Shown in pieces: positions 63,201 through 64,000 of a stretch of DNA of 64,000 bases. Under the pieces are notes generated by a model. It made no database searches. It worked only from the letters and a program-made list of their open reading frames with translations, and was not told where the DNA came from. A program made the translations under genes and the position numbers. Position 1 is the stretch's first letter, and each line of letters begins with the position of its first letter. The stretch is from NCBI RefSeq assembly GCF_024521635.1, contig NW_026250420.1, forward strand, positions 620,001 to 684,000, in the 5' to 3' direction. This stretch comes from Tricharina praecox (Eukaryota).

Positions 63201-64000
63201 ATGAAGACTAACCGCCCTGGTTGGCCTGGGGGGGTCTATCGGTACTAACCAGAGTAGTAGAGCACCTACATACGCTATAGTAGCCTTGGCATGCATCATC
63301 CAAGATCGCACTGTTTCTGATGAAATGGCTATCGCGATTTTTAAGCTTTCCGGATCCAGCCCTTCTGCTTCTTTGGCTGGCTCGCTCGTTCGTCTATGTA
63401 GAGTACTCTAGGTAGATACCGCTGTGTAATCGCTAGGTCTTCTAGAAAGTCTAGAAGACGAAAAACTCGTCAACATCGATATCGATAGAGTATCGCCACG
63501 TTGATTGGAGATCCGGCGATGGTCCCGGTGTGCCTACGCAATGTTAAACAACTCTAGATATAGGTAACTACCTCATATTCACTTATCTACATACACAGAT
63601 AGTCTGGCCTTTCGGTGTTTCTACGGCCGAACAAAGGATCGGATGCAAAGGACGCAAAGGACTCGACCACTCAGCTCGAGAACCCCTCCGATTCGTCTGC
63701 TCTCTCTTGTCTCTCTCTTCTCCGCTGGCCATTCGAAATTCGGAACTCGAACTCTGTCTCTCCTTCTTCATCTTCGTATTCCCCTTCGGGACGAATTATA
63801 CTCTGCTAACCACGCTGCGGTATAACCAGGCAGTTGGAGTATCTAGTGAGGGAAGGCTGCAAATGGCTGATCCGCGGCGCTACGGAGAAAATTGAAACCC
63901 CACCAAACACAACACAACACAGCCAACCCACAGCGCGCGGGCGCCGGTATGTATGGACGAGTGCATGTGTACTCTATGCATAATAACTATGGGGGTGTGA

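Overview
Gene-sparse fungal (filamentous ascomycete) genomic DNA. Introns are short with GT-AG ends and CTRAC/CTAAT branch points; intergenic regions are long and rich in microsatellites and transposon remnants. A Pezizomycetes-like origin is only an inference. Five spliced genes can be reconstructed by hand: an Rpn4-type C2H2 transcription factor (+), a UPC2-like Zn2Cys6 factor (-), transportin/Kap104 (-), a 4-TM membrane protein (-) and a secreted large-subunit catalase (-). Two further genes are hidden from the ORF track. One is a compact, divergent SprT/GCNA-type HExxH metalloprotease (52310-53006, -) whose active-site halves are separated by a -1 frame change at a C CCA AAG heptamer. The other is a small 3-exon orphan candidate. 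The intergenic DNA holds at least seven non-LTR retroposon insertions from two families, five with target-site duplications (TSDs), and both families share a 3' hairpin with compensatory base changes. One insertion is an ORF1-only element. There are also three MITE types and several minisatellites. The secreted catalase has a Cys at the position of the Cys-Tyr crosslink known from Neurospora CAT-1. All family assignments come from motif recognition and recalled sequences, not from database searches.
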